This document shows, in pieces, positions 49,101 to 59,700 of a DNA stretch of 64,000 nt. The stretch comes from a virus, in IMG/VR virus record IMGVR_UViG_3300025030_000004, positions 32,001 through 96,000 of that record, one strand, 5' to 3'. Within the stretch, counting starts at the first letter, position 1; every line of letters begins with the position of its first letter. The position numbers and the translations under genes were made by a program. The notes under the pieces are model-generated. The model searched no databases. It was not told the origin of the DNA and saw only the letters and a program-made list of their open reading frames with translations.

Positions 49101-52100
49101 ATTTTGATTAAAAGCAGTTAGTTTTGTAATTGTAGGTTCAGCTCCAATAGAAGCAGGAGATATAGGGTCAGAACCTCCTATAGCATGTGTAGACGCATGA
49201 ATATAATCTATCACATTCATCACACTAATATAATCAACTAACACTTTATCATTTTCTTCAACTCCACCATCTAAAGTTATACTAGTGGTAGAAGTTTCAG
49301 TAAATGAAGTATTTGGTTGTCTAGTACCATTAATATACACTTGTACTCTATTAGTACCAATATTATATATACCCTGTGTAAGAGTAAATAAAGTTTGTCC
49401 TGCCGAAGCAGTAAACTCTTCAGAATGTTGAATCACAACATAATCACTACCAGTTATACCAGATAATAAATTTTGTTTTGTTATTTTTTTATATGCCAAA
49501 TTAGTAGAATCATAAATTAATATCTCATCAGTATTCACAGAAGATAATAATTCGGTTAAATTATAAAAATCATCATCAAGTGGTCTACTTACGAGAGATG
49601 TATAATTTTTTTCTGCTAAATTTGCAAGATTATGATTATGTGTAGTTGCAGATTTACTGTCTAATGCTGTCTGTAAACTATCAACATTACTAATTACATG
49701 ATTATGTGAATCATCTACAACTGCTACAGTAAGTGTTCCTGAACCTAAATCTGTAAGTGTAACACTACCTGTTGCATCTCCTGTAAGAGTAATAACTGGA
49801 TCTGGTTTGTTGGTAACATTAGTCCAATCTTGATAATATGAACCATGTTGTCCATCAAGTAAATCAGAGTCCAAACCTGATGTGGTACCGTCAACTGTTA
49901 ATAACTTTGTCAAAATTCCACTGGCAGAATCATTAATCCCGAAAGAGATATTTGAATACCATATAGTAGAACCTGCCACGTCTCTGTTGTTTAGAAATAA
50001 TAATTTTACGTATGCCGTAGCGGGGGTAAAATTATTATAATTGTCTGCATTAATCCCACCACTAACAACTCCACTAATAGTGTCGGTATAATTTGTCCAT
50101 ACTGAAGGAACAACAGAATTGACTGCGCCAATATAAATATAGGAAGATCCTGAACTACCATTACTAATCGGTGTACCTACAGGCTTAGTTACTCCACTCC
50201 AAGGCACTTTAAGAGTTATTGAATTAGTATCATAGTTAACTGCCCCATCACTCCATGTATCATACCCAGAGTAATTTCTGCTATAGGTTTCAGGTGGGTA
50301 TAAATAACCCCCTGCATTACTATAATCCCAAGTTATAAATGAGCGATTATGGGTACTTGATCCTTGAGCATTTTGCCAATTGGCAGCACTTGTTAAATAT
50401 AATACTGTGTCACCAGGTTTCAATTCTTGCGCTAACATAGTTAAAGTATTTGGGAAATACATGTAATGATAAGCGGATATAGGGTTTTTGTCCACGTCAG
50501 AACATGATATTCCTGTGTAATATTTAGCTCCAACACTGGGGTATGTTTTGGCGTAAACGCTTAGACTGTAAGACAACATTGGGTTTACGGGTATGAACTC
50601 ATCAGAATATCTTGTCGCATTGTAGGTACTATCCTTAAAAGAACCACCAGCCCCATATGCATCAGACTTGTCTAAAATAAAAGCGCTAAAATTAGTATTA
50701 TTGCCAAGTAAGGCCGTTCCGTTGGTTACTAAATTTTGCCCCCTCGATGCTACATAATCATAGATATCTGTTAATTGTTTCCCATCCAATAAATCGGAAT
50801 CTAACCCACTACCACTACCATCGACAGTTTTTATCTTAGTTAAAACATCGCTTGCGGTATAGGATGAAGAATCCAACTTGCCATTAATTGCCGTTTGTGT
50901 TGCTGTGCTGATTGGTTTATCAAGATCTGTTGTATTATCTACATTAGACAATCCAACCGCTGTTTTATCAAGCGCTTGCCAAGTTTTGTCTCCCCTCCAA
51001 TATTGAGAGGTTGTTCCTGCTGTAATTGTTGACTCTTTAGTAGAATCAGCAATCGTTACATTAGCCGTACCATCAAATGAAACTCCATTGATTGTTCTTG
51101 CTGTCGTTAATTTAGTAGCACTCAAGACACTTTTAGTAGAATCAGAAGTATTATCCGCTAAACTCAATCCTACTTGCGATTTAGTTACGCTATGGGGATT
51201 TGAACTATTAGAAGTATGATTAGTTAAAGTTGTTAGATTATCACTAATTTGTTTTTGCAATTTACCTAAAGCTGTCAAAACCGTATCGGTTGCTGTAATC
51301 ACAGCATTAGTGGTTGTCACCAATCCTGTTAAAATAGTTGCTCTAACTGTAGTGGCGAAATCTGAAATTGTAGAAGCTAACTGAGTGCCAGTGTGATTTG
51401 CTCTATCTCTATCAGTTGTGTGATAATGCCCAGAAACATCTCCGCTTAACGCACTTTGTTTGGCATTCCAAGTTGATTTCTCTGTATCGGTTACAAAACG
51501 ATTTGAGGCATCTTGGCTAATAATGGAGGGAGGATGATTGGCAGGGTGAATATACACAGTATCAGTAAATAAAGCCCCTACAGGTACGTTGGTCAAAACT
51601 TGACTATCGTCCACCTTCCCATCAAGTGCTGTTTGTAACCCATCTACATTTGATATAATGTGATTGTGAGAGTCATCATTTATAGATACATTACCGCTAA
51701 CATCTATTGTAATATCAGTGCCAGATTTAATACCTCCTAATACAATAGCCGTAGCAACAGGCAAGGAATAATTGTTAGCATTATCTTCAATTCCACTTAA
51801 TTTTGTTTGTTCGGCAGTTGTATATGAAGCAGTAGTATTGTCTAGGATTGTTTGATTTAAATGGGAATGTTTTTTAGCTACAGAATCATCAATATTGGCA
51901 GGAGTCGAAGTTGGTTTTCCTGTAATGTCAGACCAAGCAACTGATATCCCACTATTGCCATAAAAATCTTGAGTGGTATCTACGAATGCTTGAGAAAAAT
52001 CACCATTTGGTAGTTCAATATTTACGACTTCCCCGACAGTAGGGGATAGTCCTGCACGAACTTTTATATTAGAATATGTCTCGTCATTTAATACAATATC

Positions 52101-52235
52101 AACAGTACCATCAACATTTAATGTTTGTATAACTGCTTTTTTCTTTTTATTAAATTCAGCTTTATTTAATGCTGAATCAATCATTATAGACATTACATTA
52201 AACAAATCTTTAGCTTGTTTTATTTTATCTGACAA
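46191..52235 (-). CDS. long mosaic tail fibre (2014 aa) with internal duplications
   Basis: Thr/Ser/Gly-rich; [35 protein letters not shown] repeats. Confidence 0.85.
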   Translation of the reverse strand: MSDKIKQAKDLFNVMSIMIDSALNKAEFNKKKKAVIQTLNVDGTVDIVLNDETYSNIKVRAGLSPTVGEVVNIELPNGDFSQAFVDTTQDFYGNSGISVAWSDITGKPTSTPANIDDSVAKKHSHLNQTILDNTTASYTTAEQTKLSGIEDNANNYSLPVATAIVLGGIKSGTDITIDVSGNVSINDDSHNHIISNVDGLQTALDGKVDDSQVLTNVPVGALFTDTVYIHPANHPPSIISQDASNRFVTDTEKSTWNAKQSALSGDVSGHYHTTDRDRANHTGTQLASTISDFATTVRATILTGLVTTTNAVITATDTVLTALGKLQKQISDNLTTLTNHTSNSSNPHSVTKSQVGLSLADNTSDSTKSVLSATKLTTARTINGVSFDGTANVTIADSTKESTITAGTTSQYWRGDKTWQALDKTAVGLSNVDNTTDLDKPISTATQTAINGKLDSSSYTASDVLTKIKTVDGSGSGLDSDLLDGKQLTDIYDYVASRGQNLVTNGTALLGNNTNFSAFILDKSDAYGAGGSFKDSTYNATRYSDEFIPVNPMLSYSLSVYAKTYPSVGAKYYTGISCSDVDKNPISAYHYMYFPNTLTMLAQELKPGDTVLYLTSAANWQNAQGSSTHNRSFITWDYSNAGGYLYPPETYSRNYSGYDTWSDGAVNYDTNSITLKVPWSGVTKPVGTPISNGSSGSSYIYIGAVNSVVPSVWTNYTDTISGVVSGGINADNYNNFTPATAYVKLLFLNNRDVAGSTIWYSNISFGINDSASGILTKLLTVDGTTSGLDSDLLDGQHGSYYQDWTNVTNKPDPVITLTGDATGSVTLTDLGSGTLTVAVVDDSHNHVISNVDSLQTALDSKSATTHNHNLANLAEKNYTSLVSRPLDDDFYNLTELLSSVNTDEILIYDSTNLAYKKITKQNLLSGITGSDYVVIQHSEEFTASAGQTLFTLTQGIYNIGTNRVQVYINGTRQPNTSFTETSTTSITLDGGVEENDKVLVDYISVMNVIDYIHASTHAIGGSDPISPASIGAEPTITKLTAFNQNFETSTTNMKMDGNVSVGTSSNIPRADHVHPSDTSKQNTITGGATSITSSNLTISKALVSDSSGKVATSAVTSTELGYVSGVTSAIQTQLNGKQTSDATLTALAGLDTTTGLVVETGTDTFTKRNIAVGSTKLSITNPAGVAGNPTLDVVESNINIGNLTGTTTSSKISDFASTVLSTVLTGLSTATNAIITTTDTILGALGKLQKQISDNLTTLTSHTSNSSNPHSVTKSQVGLGSADNIADSAKNVLSASKLTTARTIAMSGGATGTATSFDGSSNIIIPVTNIDPEYFGSGYTDSQIYIDTHPENGKAIIPFINNDIAFLLKRGGSASVYYDGVLQSTDLNNVFDGSPSYWAINPTGVTSISIELVLHKTFTWTNTIYIAFGASAWRSRNITVDVMNPNNGEVDWTNKATVTGNGRGEYFITFSHNNGTGFNKVRLTFSDWVTATGFRIAQIGVLNYGSEGLKETFISKGGSSVYGNIYPYTDSLYTLGDPSYYWSNTYTDTLTITSTSKVTNLNADELDDQEGSYYLDFNNATNKPDPTITLGGDLTGSVTLTDLGSGTLTATVVDDSHNHVISNVDNLQTTLDGKASSIHTHTGADITVGVTPYFINGTGTVAGTWLATEAVITSYYDGLAILYKVPIAGATTTTLDINGLGAKTIYRYSNSKLTTHYQPNSILLLIYSETLNGGSFMTEGSDYDSTSDYEMRWQNNITAGTTMYGYQFVMEGIDGKFYPLTLEGTTATTKTVSSAEFKLGGTILYHGTSTDLLANANGGGGYLWSEYYYSNFHYTINNPSGWATAYRPVYLVGTMNANGNFVLDGAGIAGSTAWITQTLPSSENGKVYIFLGFMGDTYATMRLIGDHPIYEYKGGRLRLYSYDSFKADLGSPVFTGIPTAPTATTGTNTTQLATTAFVQNTVTALGAGDMTKSVYDLNLNGIVDNAEKINGHDFTVGTVAPSNPITNDIWIDLN

Positions 52236-52253
52236 TCATTTTCACCTCCTAAC

Positions 52254-53381
52254 TCAATTAATATCCCTAACTTTCCATAATCCTAAAGTCATTTTAGAAT
52301 CAAATGATAAATTATAAGATATTGATTGTATTAAATAATTACCAGAAACACCATTATTAACGTCAGTTACTTGAATTACATCATTCAAATTAGTAGAAAA
52401 GTTGGGGATCAAATTAAGCGAAACTTTTTCCTGTGCTTTAATGGCTTTGAGTAACTCATAATCACTTCTTGCTTGACACAATTCATTACTATAAAGTTCA
52501 TCTAGTTCAAAAATCTTTGGTCTTTCTCTAATCTCGTCTATACTAAATTTACTCCCTGTAGAATCTTGAGAAGTAGCCTTATATTGGAGTCCTGTAGTTT
52601 CATCATAAGCACCATAGACAACTATACTATTGCGAATATCATTCCATTTAACTTCTCTACTCGATTGAAGATATAATGCTGAAATTGTTGAATATTCGTA
52701 ACTAGTTGGCGAAGAATCGATATCTTCAATAGTTATTACCTTTTTAAATCTTAATGTGCCATTATTATCATAGAAAACTTGATAATTCCCCGCCATAGTG
52801 CATAGTTCTATGAGTATGCTGGATATTGTATCGTTTATATTTTTAGTCAAAGTATAAGGTGTAAGAGTAGTGCATTCATCTACTATGTAATTTGTTTCCC
52901 CAATAATATCTACGATTATAGATTTTACAGCTATGTCTATTTGAGTACCAACGGGTATAATATATTGATTTTTTAAAGTTCCTGATATTGTACCATCAAT
53001 CAACACATATTTATCAAGAAGTTCAAACGTTACTTCCTTCTGAGATGGGGCAGATAATAAAGAAGGATTACCTAATACGTATACTCCTTGGTTATATAAT
53101 AATTTTTGGTTATTACTATATTTATAACCACATTTTAATCTGACTTTATTATTTATCTGCATCTTATTACTTTCAAAGGGTAAATACTGTTTATTCAAAT
53201 TAGATAATGTTAAATTTACACTTCTTTTATTGTTATTGCTATCATCAAAATTGACACTACCATTTATAACGTCAATATTTACATTATCTATTACGTTTTC
53301 ATCTTGTGTTAACCAGTCAATTTCGTAGATAAAGTTTTTAATATTTGAATTAATAATATCTTGTTCAGACTGCGGAATCAT
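52254..53381 (-). CDS. baseplate/tail hub protein
   Basis: position; FYDNNGTLRF, NSIVVYG motifs. Confidence 0.7.
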   Translation of the reverse strand: MIPQSEQDIINSNIKNFIYEIDWLTQDENVIDNVNIDVINGSVNFDDSNNNKRSVNLTLSNLNKQYLPFESNKMQINNKVRLKCGYKYSNNQKLLYNQGVYVLGNPSLLSAPSQKEVTFELLDKYVLIDGTISGTLKNQYIIPVGTQIDIAVKSIIVDIIGETNYIVDECTTLTPYTLTKNINDTISSILIELCTMAGNYQVFYDNNGTLRFKKVITIEDIDSSPTSYEYSTISALYLQSSREVKWNDIRNSIVVYGAYDETTGLQYKATSQDSTGSKFSIDEIRERPKIFELDELYSNELCQARSDYELLKAIKAQEKVSLNLIPNFSTNLNDVIQVTDVNNGVSGNYLIQSISYNLSFDSKMTLGLWKVRDIN

Positions 53382-53396
53382 TTAATTCACCACCAA

Positions 53397-54161
53397 TCAA
53401 TCCACATACTTGTTAATTTCATTCCAATCGAAGCTGTATGAAGAAATATCTTCAACTAACTGTGTGTATATATTTCTTTTTGAACTATGGGTATCAACTA
53501 ACCACACATCCCCATTAGGATTTCTTAGAGTCTTCTGTTTTTGATTATTAATAAAACTTTCAAAATTATCCCTATAATTTTTACTTGTATTTAATGAAGT
53601 ATCCATTAACATCGTAGTGATAGATCCGCTTTGATATTTTTGATTACCGTAAGACACAATTGGGTATTGATTAAAGGTATCATAGGAATACCTTTGAATG
53701 TTAGTGTTAATATCTGATACTTCAAGATTTAAAAATAAGGGATATATATCTGTATCGTCAGAAATCCACCAATAATCTAATTCACAAGTTATAGTTGTTG
53801 TAAAGGCGTTGCCCTCTATATCCCCTGACATTGGACTAACTTCGTACTCATAAATTACTTGTGATTTCCCTGTATAATCTAAATAATTTAAATCTTGTGT
53901 TGAAGTATTTATTACAGTTGCCAAATCTTTTTTGTTTAAAGTCGTAATGTCTCTGCGTCTAATTTTCCAACCTGTGATTGAGAGTCCTCCAAGTGAAATA
54001 TTTCCACCTTCGAGATTATTCATGAATTTAGCAAGTAATAAAGTATTTATATCCCAGTTTGATTTTGCAGAAGATAAATCAATTGTAGTGACATTTTTTG
54101 ATACCAATATTTCATCGGCAATACAGTTTTTAAGTTGAATTAAATTCAGGTTGCTTATCAT
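53397..54161 (-). CDS. distal tail/baseplate protein
   Basis: position; YEYEVSP, LRNPNGDVWLV. Confidence 0.65.
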   Translation of the reverse strand: MISNLNLIQLKNCIADEILVSKNVTTIDLSSAKSNWDINTLLLAKFMNNLEGGNISLGGLSITGWKIRRRDITTLNKKDLATVINTSTQDLNYLDYTGKSQVIYEYEVSPMSGDIEGNAFTTTITCELDYWWISDDTDIYPLFLNLEVSDINTNIQRYSYDTFNQYPIVSYGNQKYQSGSITTMLMDTSLNTSKNYRDNFESFINNQKQKTLRNPNGDVWLVDTHSSKRNIYTQLVEDISSYSFDWNEINKYVD

Positions 54162-55420
54162 ACTATAACCTCCGCATGGAGACTTAATATATTACCAATT
54201 TGTTGTAAATACAAATAATAACTAGATCCATTTACTGAAACGTTATCTATTTCTATACCATTTTCAAACAAGTGAAATGCACCATTATAATATCTAAGTA
54301 AAATTATATCACTATTACTATTTGACATTTTTAATATTTCACTTGTATCATTTGAACTATTGCTTCCAGTATCAATCCATAATTTATCTGTAGTTGGAGC
54401 TACAATATCTAATATGGGAGTTAATACTCTTGGCACAATGGTTTGATCATCTATCCATAAGTAATTTGTAGCAGGAGTAATATTACCTGCTGATATATTT
54501 AATGACAATTCTGTTGTTTGAGCAGAATTATCAAGCCATATAATAGATGTGTCAGTTAATGGTACATTATAGGACGTGATAGAAGTAGTTTGATTGATTG
54601 TGTATACATTATTATTAACACTTTCTAACCAAAGTTTTAATGTGAAATCATTTTCTATATTAAAATCACTATCAAACCAGACTCTACCATTTGTAGTATC
54701 AATCTTTTCACCATTGATGTATGAAGTATTTTCTGAATTACCGATGATTTGAACAACATTCCATTGTAAATTGATAGCTCCTTGGTCTGATATGTTTGAT
54801 GATTGAAGATCAAGTACGGATTCGGGAACGGTATATTGGATGTTGAATTTTATTTTATTCGTACTTGCCAAAATATCATCCTGTGACTTCACTTGGCACT
54901 CTATATAATAAAAATTATTATTAAAACCAGAAAATTGATATTCTATAATAGAATTAAACGTTTCTGATGTAGTTGTGATAATGGCATTGTTACTGTCATA
55001 CATTATCATTTGCCATGATTTAATTGCTACTGATTCTAATTGGCTATATTGTGCCGTAAAAAGATATTGTGAATTGTAAATAATGTCGTTTTCTATTACG
55101 TTTGTAAAAGAAATTGAGGGAGTGGAAGAACATTTAAAAAGTATCCAATTCGAAGTAGCTGATGCGTCAACTTGATTAAATGTTTGGATCTGATATTTAT
55201 AAATAGTTCCATCAATTAATGTGTTACCAGAAATAACATGAAAAGTATTAAAAGATACTACTACATTTGTATCATAAACTAAAACATTAGTCGTATTGTT
55301 ATATATTTGAATTCTATATTTATATTGTCTATCTCCTGAGTTAATCCAACTTATTGTTATTGGAAAAGTAGCATCTAAACTAATATTATTAGGAGAGATA
55401 CCACTGGGCTTCATAATCAT
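54158..55420 (-). CDS. tail protein with Fn3/Ig-like domains
   Basis: ISW...YRIQIY...YKYQIQT pattern; follows tape measure. Confidence 0.65.
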   Translation of the reverse strand: MIMKPSGISPNNISLDATFPITISWINSGDRQYKYRIQIYNNTTNVLVYDTNVVVSFNTFHVISGNTLIDGTIYKYQIQTFNQVDASATSNWILFKCSSTPSISFTNVIENDIIYNSQYLFTAQYSQLESVAIKSWQMIMYDSNNAIITTTSETFNSIIEYQFSGFNNNFYYIECQVKSQDDILASTNKIKFNIQYTVPESVLDLQSSNISDQGAINLQWNVVQIIGNSENTSYINGEKIDTTNGRVWFDSDFNIENDFTLKLWLESVNNNVYTINQTTSITSYNVPLTDTSIIWLDNSAQTTELSLNISAGNITPATNYLWIDDQTIVPRVLTPILDIVAPTTDKLWIDTGSNSSNDTSEILKMSNSNSDIILLRYYNGAFHLFENGIEIDNVSVNGSSYYLYLQQIGNILSLHAEVIV

Positions 55421-56568
55421 TTATATCCCTCCTTAGACAAAATTAAATTCTTATTTAAAAGATAACTTTCTAAAATATTTTCAATCTTATCAAAATCACA
55501 ATACCATATTTCTAAAAAATTATATTTGTTTAATAAAGTATATTCTTTTTTGCGTCTATCATGTTCAACTTGTTTTTCAAAATCTTTTTTTGACTTATGA
55601 AGACCTTTTTTATATTTCTCGTGTTGAACCCCTTGATACTCAATTAATAGACTATGTTCTGGTAAATAAAAATCATAAGAAAGTAATCCACTACCCAATC
55701 CTAATAACCCTTTAAATTCTTTTTGCGGTTCATAACAAATACTATTATTAACCAACCATTCTTTAATTCTCTTTTCGCCTTTTGACTTATTGCATTCTGG
55801 ACAACCACGACCAGAACTTCTGCTTTTTATTGTGGAATCCCATTCGTGTTCACATTCAAAACATTTCCACCAAACTTTTCGTCTATCATATTTAACTACA
55901 TTAAATGGAGTTAAATCTCCGTTTAAACTTGGATGCCATTCTTTTGCTAATTCTGGATTCTTTGTTGCCAAACAATTAGATATCCCAATTTGTCTACTAT
56001 CACATGCTCCACAACCCATTCCTTCTATGATTCTATTCCAAGTAGCTTTAAAAGTCTCTCCACATTTAGGTTTTAAACACCTCCATTCTAATTTTTTCAT
56101 AGAAGTTTCATATTTATCACTAATTAACTCAAATGGTTTACTATTCAATTCACACCAGAGTTTGATATTTTGAATTGAAAAATCATTTGATGGATATGCT
56201 ATTGGAAAACTTCCATGTTTTCGATTGTCACTCAACATTGTCCAACTCATTGAAAATAAATACCCAAGTTTATCTTTTAAAACTAACCTTGAACAACTAT
56301 TTGTATATACATTTGACAATAATTCTAAATTTATATTATTTACTATTAGATAAAGATTAATGTTTTGTATTGTATATGGATTCGAACAATGAATATATGA
56401 AGGTGGATATCCTTGATTTAAACTATCTAAACTCACTTTATAATAATACCCTATTTTATCTGATATGGTTATTGGTGTTCTTATATTATTATATTTAGTA
56501 TCAATTAAATTATATCCTAAGTCTTCAATAATCTCTTTAACTTCTTCATATTTATATTTTTTACCCAT
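55417..56568 (-). CDS. zinc-ribbon / very-short-patch-type free-standing homing endonuclease
   Basis: AAGGAGG RBS before ATG 56568; LATKNPELAKEW, WWKC..C.HEW, SYDFYLP..LIEYQG.QH..HDRRK. Confidence 0.8.
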   Translation of the reverse strand: MGKKYKYEEVKEIIEDLGYNLIDTKYNNIRTPITISDKIGYYYKVSLDSLNQGYPPSYIHCSNPYTIQNINLYLIVNNINLELLSNVYTNSCSRLVLKDKLGYLFSMSWTMLSDNRKHGSFPIAYPSNDFSIQNIKLWCELNSKPFELISDKYETSMKKLEWRCLKPKCGETFKATWNRIIEGMGCGACDSRQIGISNCLATKNPELAKEWHPSLNGDLTPFNVVKYDRRKVWWKCFECEHEWDSTIKSRSSGRGCPECNKSKGEKRIKEWLVNNSICYEPQKEFKGLLGLGSGLLSYDFYLPEHSLLIEYQGVQHEKYKKGLHKSKKDFEKQVEHDRRKKEYTLLNKYNFLEIWYCDFDKIENILESYLLNKNLILSKEGYK

Positions 56569-56615
56569 TTTATCCTCCTTTATAATATCCTCATAAAAAA
56601 TAAACAAAACAAAAA

Positions 56616-56671
56616 GCAGGGAAGAGGAGGATTCTCTTATCGGTGAGTTAATTACTCTCACCTATCCCTAC
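56616..56671 (-). ncRNA. structured three-way-junction leader RNA
   Basis: P1 GTAGGG/CCCTGC, P2 loop with TAATTA, P3 loop AATCCTC complementary to GAGGAT at two downstream sites including the RBS. Confidence 0.75.
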
Positions 56672-56706
56672 AAAATTTTAAAAATTATTTAATTAATTAT
56701 TATTTT

Positions 56707-59700
56707 TTACTTATATTGATGAACCAAAGTAGGTAATAAATCTATGAACGAACCAGCATCTTGTGTTTCGACTTTAGCGATATTGATATTATATGTATTA
56801 ATTGGAGAAGTCGGACTATTATTAATTCTACTGAAATCTGGCACTTTAAGAAGAGAAATATTGCTTAAAATATTCTGCATATAATTTAATGGATTTGCAC
56901 CTAGCGCCATAAGATTTTTAGTTATACTTGTTGGAATAATTCCATCACCTTGGTTTAATACACGAAGTTCTGCTCCTTTTTCTCCAACTAAACTCAAACC
57001 TCCTGATGCGCTTTCCGTACCATTAGCATATCTAGGTGTTGTTCCTGCTGCTATTGCATTTCCATTTGAATCGTATTCAGTCCAACCATTTGGGCCATTG
57101 TTATAGACTATTGTGTTTCCACCAGATGAACTATTAGAACTGCTACCGGAATTTAAACTATCTGGTAAATTTGTGCTACCAGCATTTATAGCTGCTAACT
57201 GAGCATTTAGTGTAATTAATTTTTCAGCTAAAATTTTTACCGCGTTATCAACATTAGAGCCAAATTGTTCTAGCATTTTAGTTGACATATCATCAATATT
57301 TTTCCATTGCTCGTCAAAGATTTCTTTTTGCTTTTCGAAGGATTCTTCGCGTTTGTCTATTAATGATTGTTGATAGTCAATTTCAGCTTGAAGTATAGCT
57401 TTTTTATGTTTTAGATCATTATCTTCTTCCCATTCTGCATAATCTTCTTGGAGATTTTTTAGATTTTCATTTGCTTCTGCAACTTTTTGAGGGTTGGCTT
57501 GCCAAGTCCAAGTGTCACCAACGAGGATTCTTGTGTCTTTTTCCTTGGAAAGGTTGTTTAGATTTTGTTTTGCTTTCTCAATGTCGAGGAGACGTTTGGC
57601 TCTTTCTTCTTGTTCATTTTCGATATCTGCTTTCTCTTCTAGTGCATCTATCTCTTCTTGGATTCCTTTGATTTTAAGTTCTTTGCGAGTGATGTAGGAT
57701 TTTAGGGATTTTTCTTCTATGTCAAGTTCTGATTGGGCTAGTTTTTTTGTTGCTTCGATTACTTCTGTGGAGAGGGTTTTGGAAAGGTCGGAGAGAGATG
57801 TTTTGAGTTCGTTTTGACTTTGGGTGAGATCTTGGATTGCTGTGGAGTTATCAGACCAAGCTTTTTTGAGCTTAGAAAGGGAATCAAAGGTGAGTTTCAT
57901 TTGGTCTTGAGTTTCTTTAGATGAGGAATTGAATTTGGAAAGGTAGGTTAGTGTTTGTTCACCATTTTGATCAAACCAGAGGGAAGTGTCGGAAAAGCCG
58001 CTGGATTGAGAGGTTCTTGCAAATTCAGATTCTAATTTTTGTTTGGCAAGACCTAGTTGTTGGATCTGGGTGGATTGGTTCGATAGCAAAGATGTCGTTA
58101 ATTCAAGTTCTTTTTGATAATTTTTTTGAGATTTTGCTTGAGAGAGGTCTGTTTCTATTGATTTTGATTTTGTGGCTGTTAGATTAGATTCGACTTGAAT
58201 CAATCTAATCGTGGCATCGGTGAGAGATTCGTAGGATGGATCGTTTTTGGATGAAGATTTGGATGAGGAACCTGATGTATTTCCTGAAACCCCACCATTT
58301 AAATTTGGGATATCAGGAGTGTCTATACTAGTCCCACCTAAACTATTTAATTGCTCTAATAATTTACTAATTTTATTGCTTTTTTGTTGATCATAAAAAG
58401 ACTCAATTTGATTTTTAATTTCGTCATAAGCTTTAGCGTTATCAGGAGTTGGATTAAGTTTATAACGAGCATAAATTAGTTTTTTTTCGATCCATAATCC
58501 ATTTTCTTGAAGTTTACCAAGAATACCATAAGCTTGCACTGCACTATCTATTTGTTTAATTTGAGTTATTATATTTCTTCTTAGATTATCTGTTTGTTGA
58601 GAAACTAATTTTGACGAATTTTCATATGCAATTTTTTCAGCATTTTGTTTTTCTTGTAAAGCTTGAATAACTATATTTGAAGCATCTTGACTAAAACCTG
58701 CTGCTTTAAGTCTATTCAATGCTTCTTGACCTATAATGTTTCCCAATTCTTGTTCTGAATTAATAATAGAAGCATTTATATCTATTTTTTTACTATCCGT
58801 ATCAGCTAATTCAGAAGAACTCTTTTCTAACTCATTCCTAGTATCTATTAATTGTTTAGTCCTTTTAATATCTTCTTCATATTGAGAAGCTAATGCTTTA
58901 TGAGTTTCTGCTTCCTTTTGAATAGATTTAATTCGCTCTTCTTCAATTTCATTTAATTCTTCGTAATCACTTTTCATATTTCCCAACATTGGTAATAAAA
59001 TATCATATGCAGAAACCAATGTTAATACGGCAACAGCAATAAAACCAAAAGGATTTGATAAAAACGCAACTTTTAAAGCATTCATACTTAAAGTCAATCC
59101 ATTTGTGGCAACTCCAGTAGAAATCATACCTGCTCTAAATCCTTGAGCAGCAATAATTGACGTTCTAAACCAATTAGTAAGATTTGTACCATTAAATATT
59201 AATATTGCAGTTGTAACGGCAATTATTATAGTTCTTAAATTACCAAAGGTATCAATAAGATATGATAATGAATTAAGTCCACCTTTAATAAAATCAGTAC
59301 TGATAGAGGACTGCCAAAAAGTCTCCCAACTAACTCTCAATCTATCCAAGGAGGCTGCACTCGATTCTTGATAGATTGCAAATTTTTCTTCTGCTGTTCC
59401 AGCAGCATTCAATGCATTTTCATAATTTTTTAAAGAATCTTGATAATTATTTAATAAAGTTATTCCCCTATTTCTTTGAAAAGTTCCGAACATAGTGGTA
59501 GCTATATATGCTTTCTCATTTTTGGAAAGACTGCCAAATTTCTCTCCGACAGTATCCATTATTATTGCGAAATCCAAGAGTTGACCTTGAGAATCCGTTG
59601 CTTTAATACCAACGTCTGAGAGAGCTTTTACTACATCATTTATTTTCGTCTCATCTTCTGAATTAAATCCAGTCTTTTTTATACTTTCATATCGGCTGAT

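Noticed and set aside
42574-52235. Diversity-generating retroelement or invertible shufflon at the tail fibres
   Set aside because: No reverse transcriptase, no adenine-specific TR/VR pair and no inverted alternative fibre ends; the candidate site cores are co-oriented.
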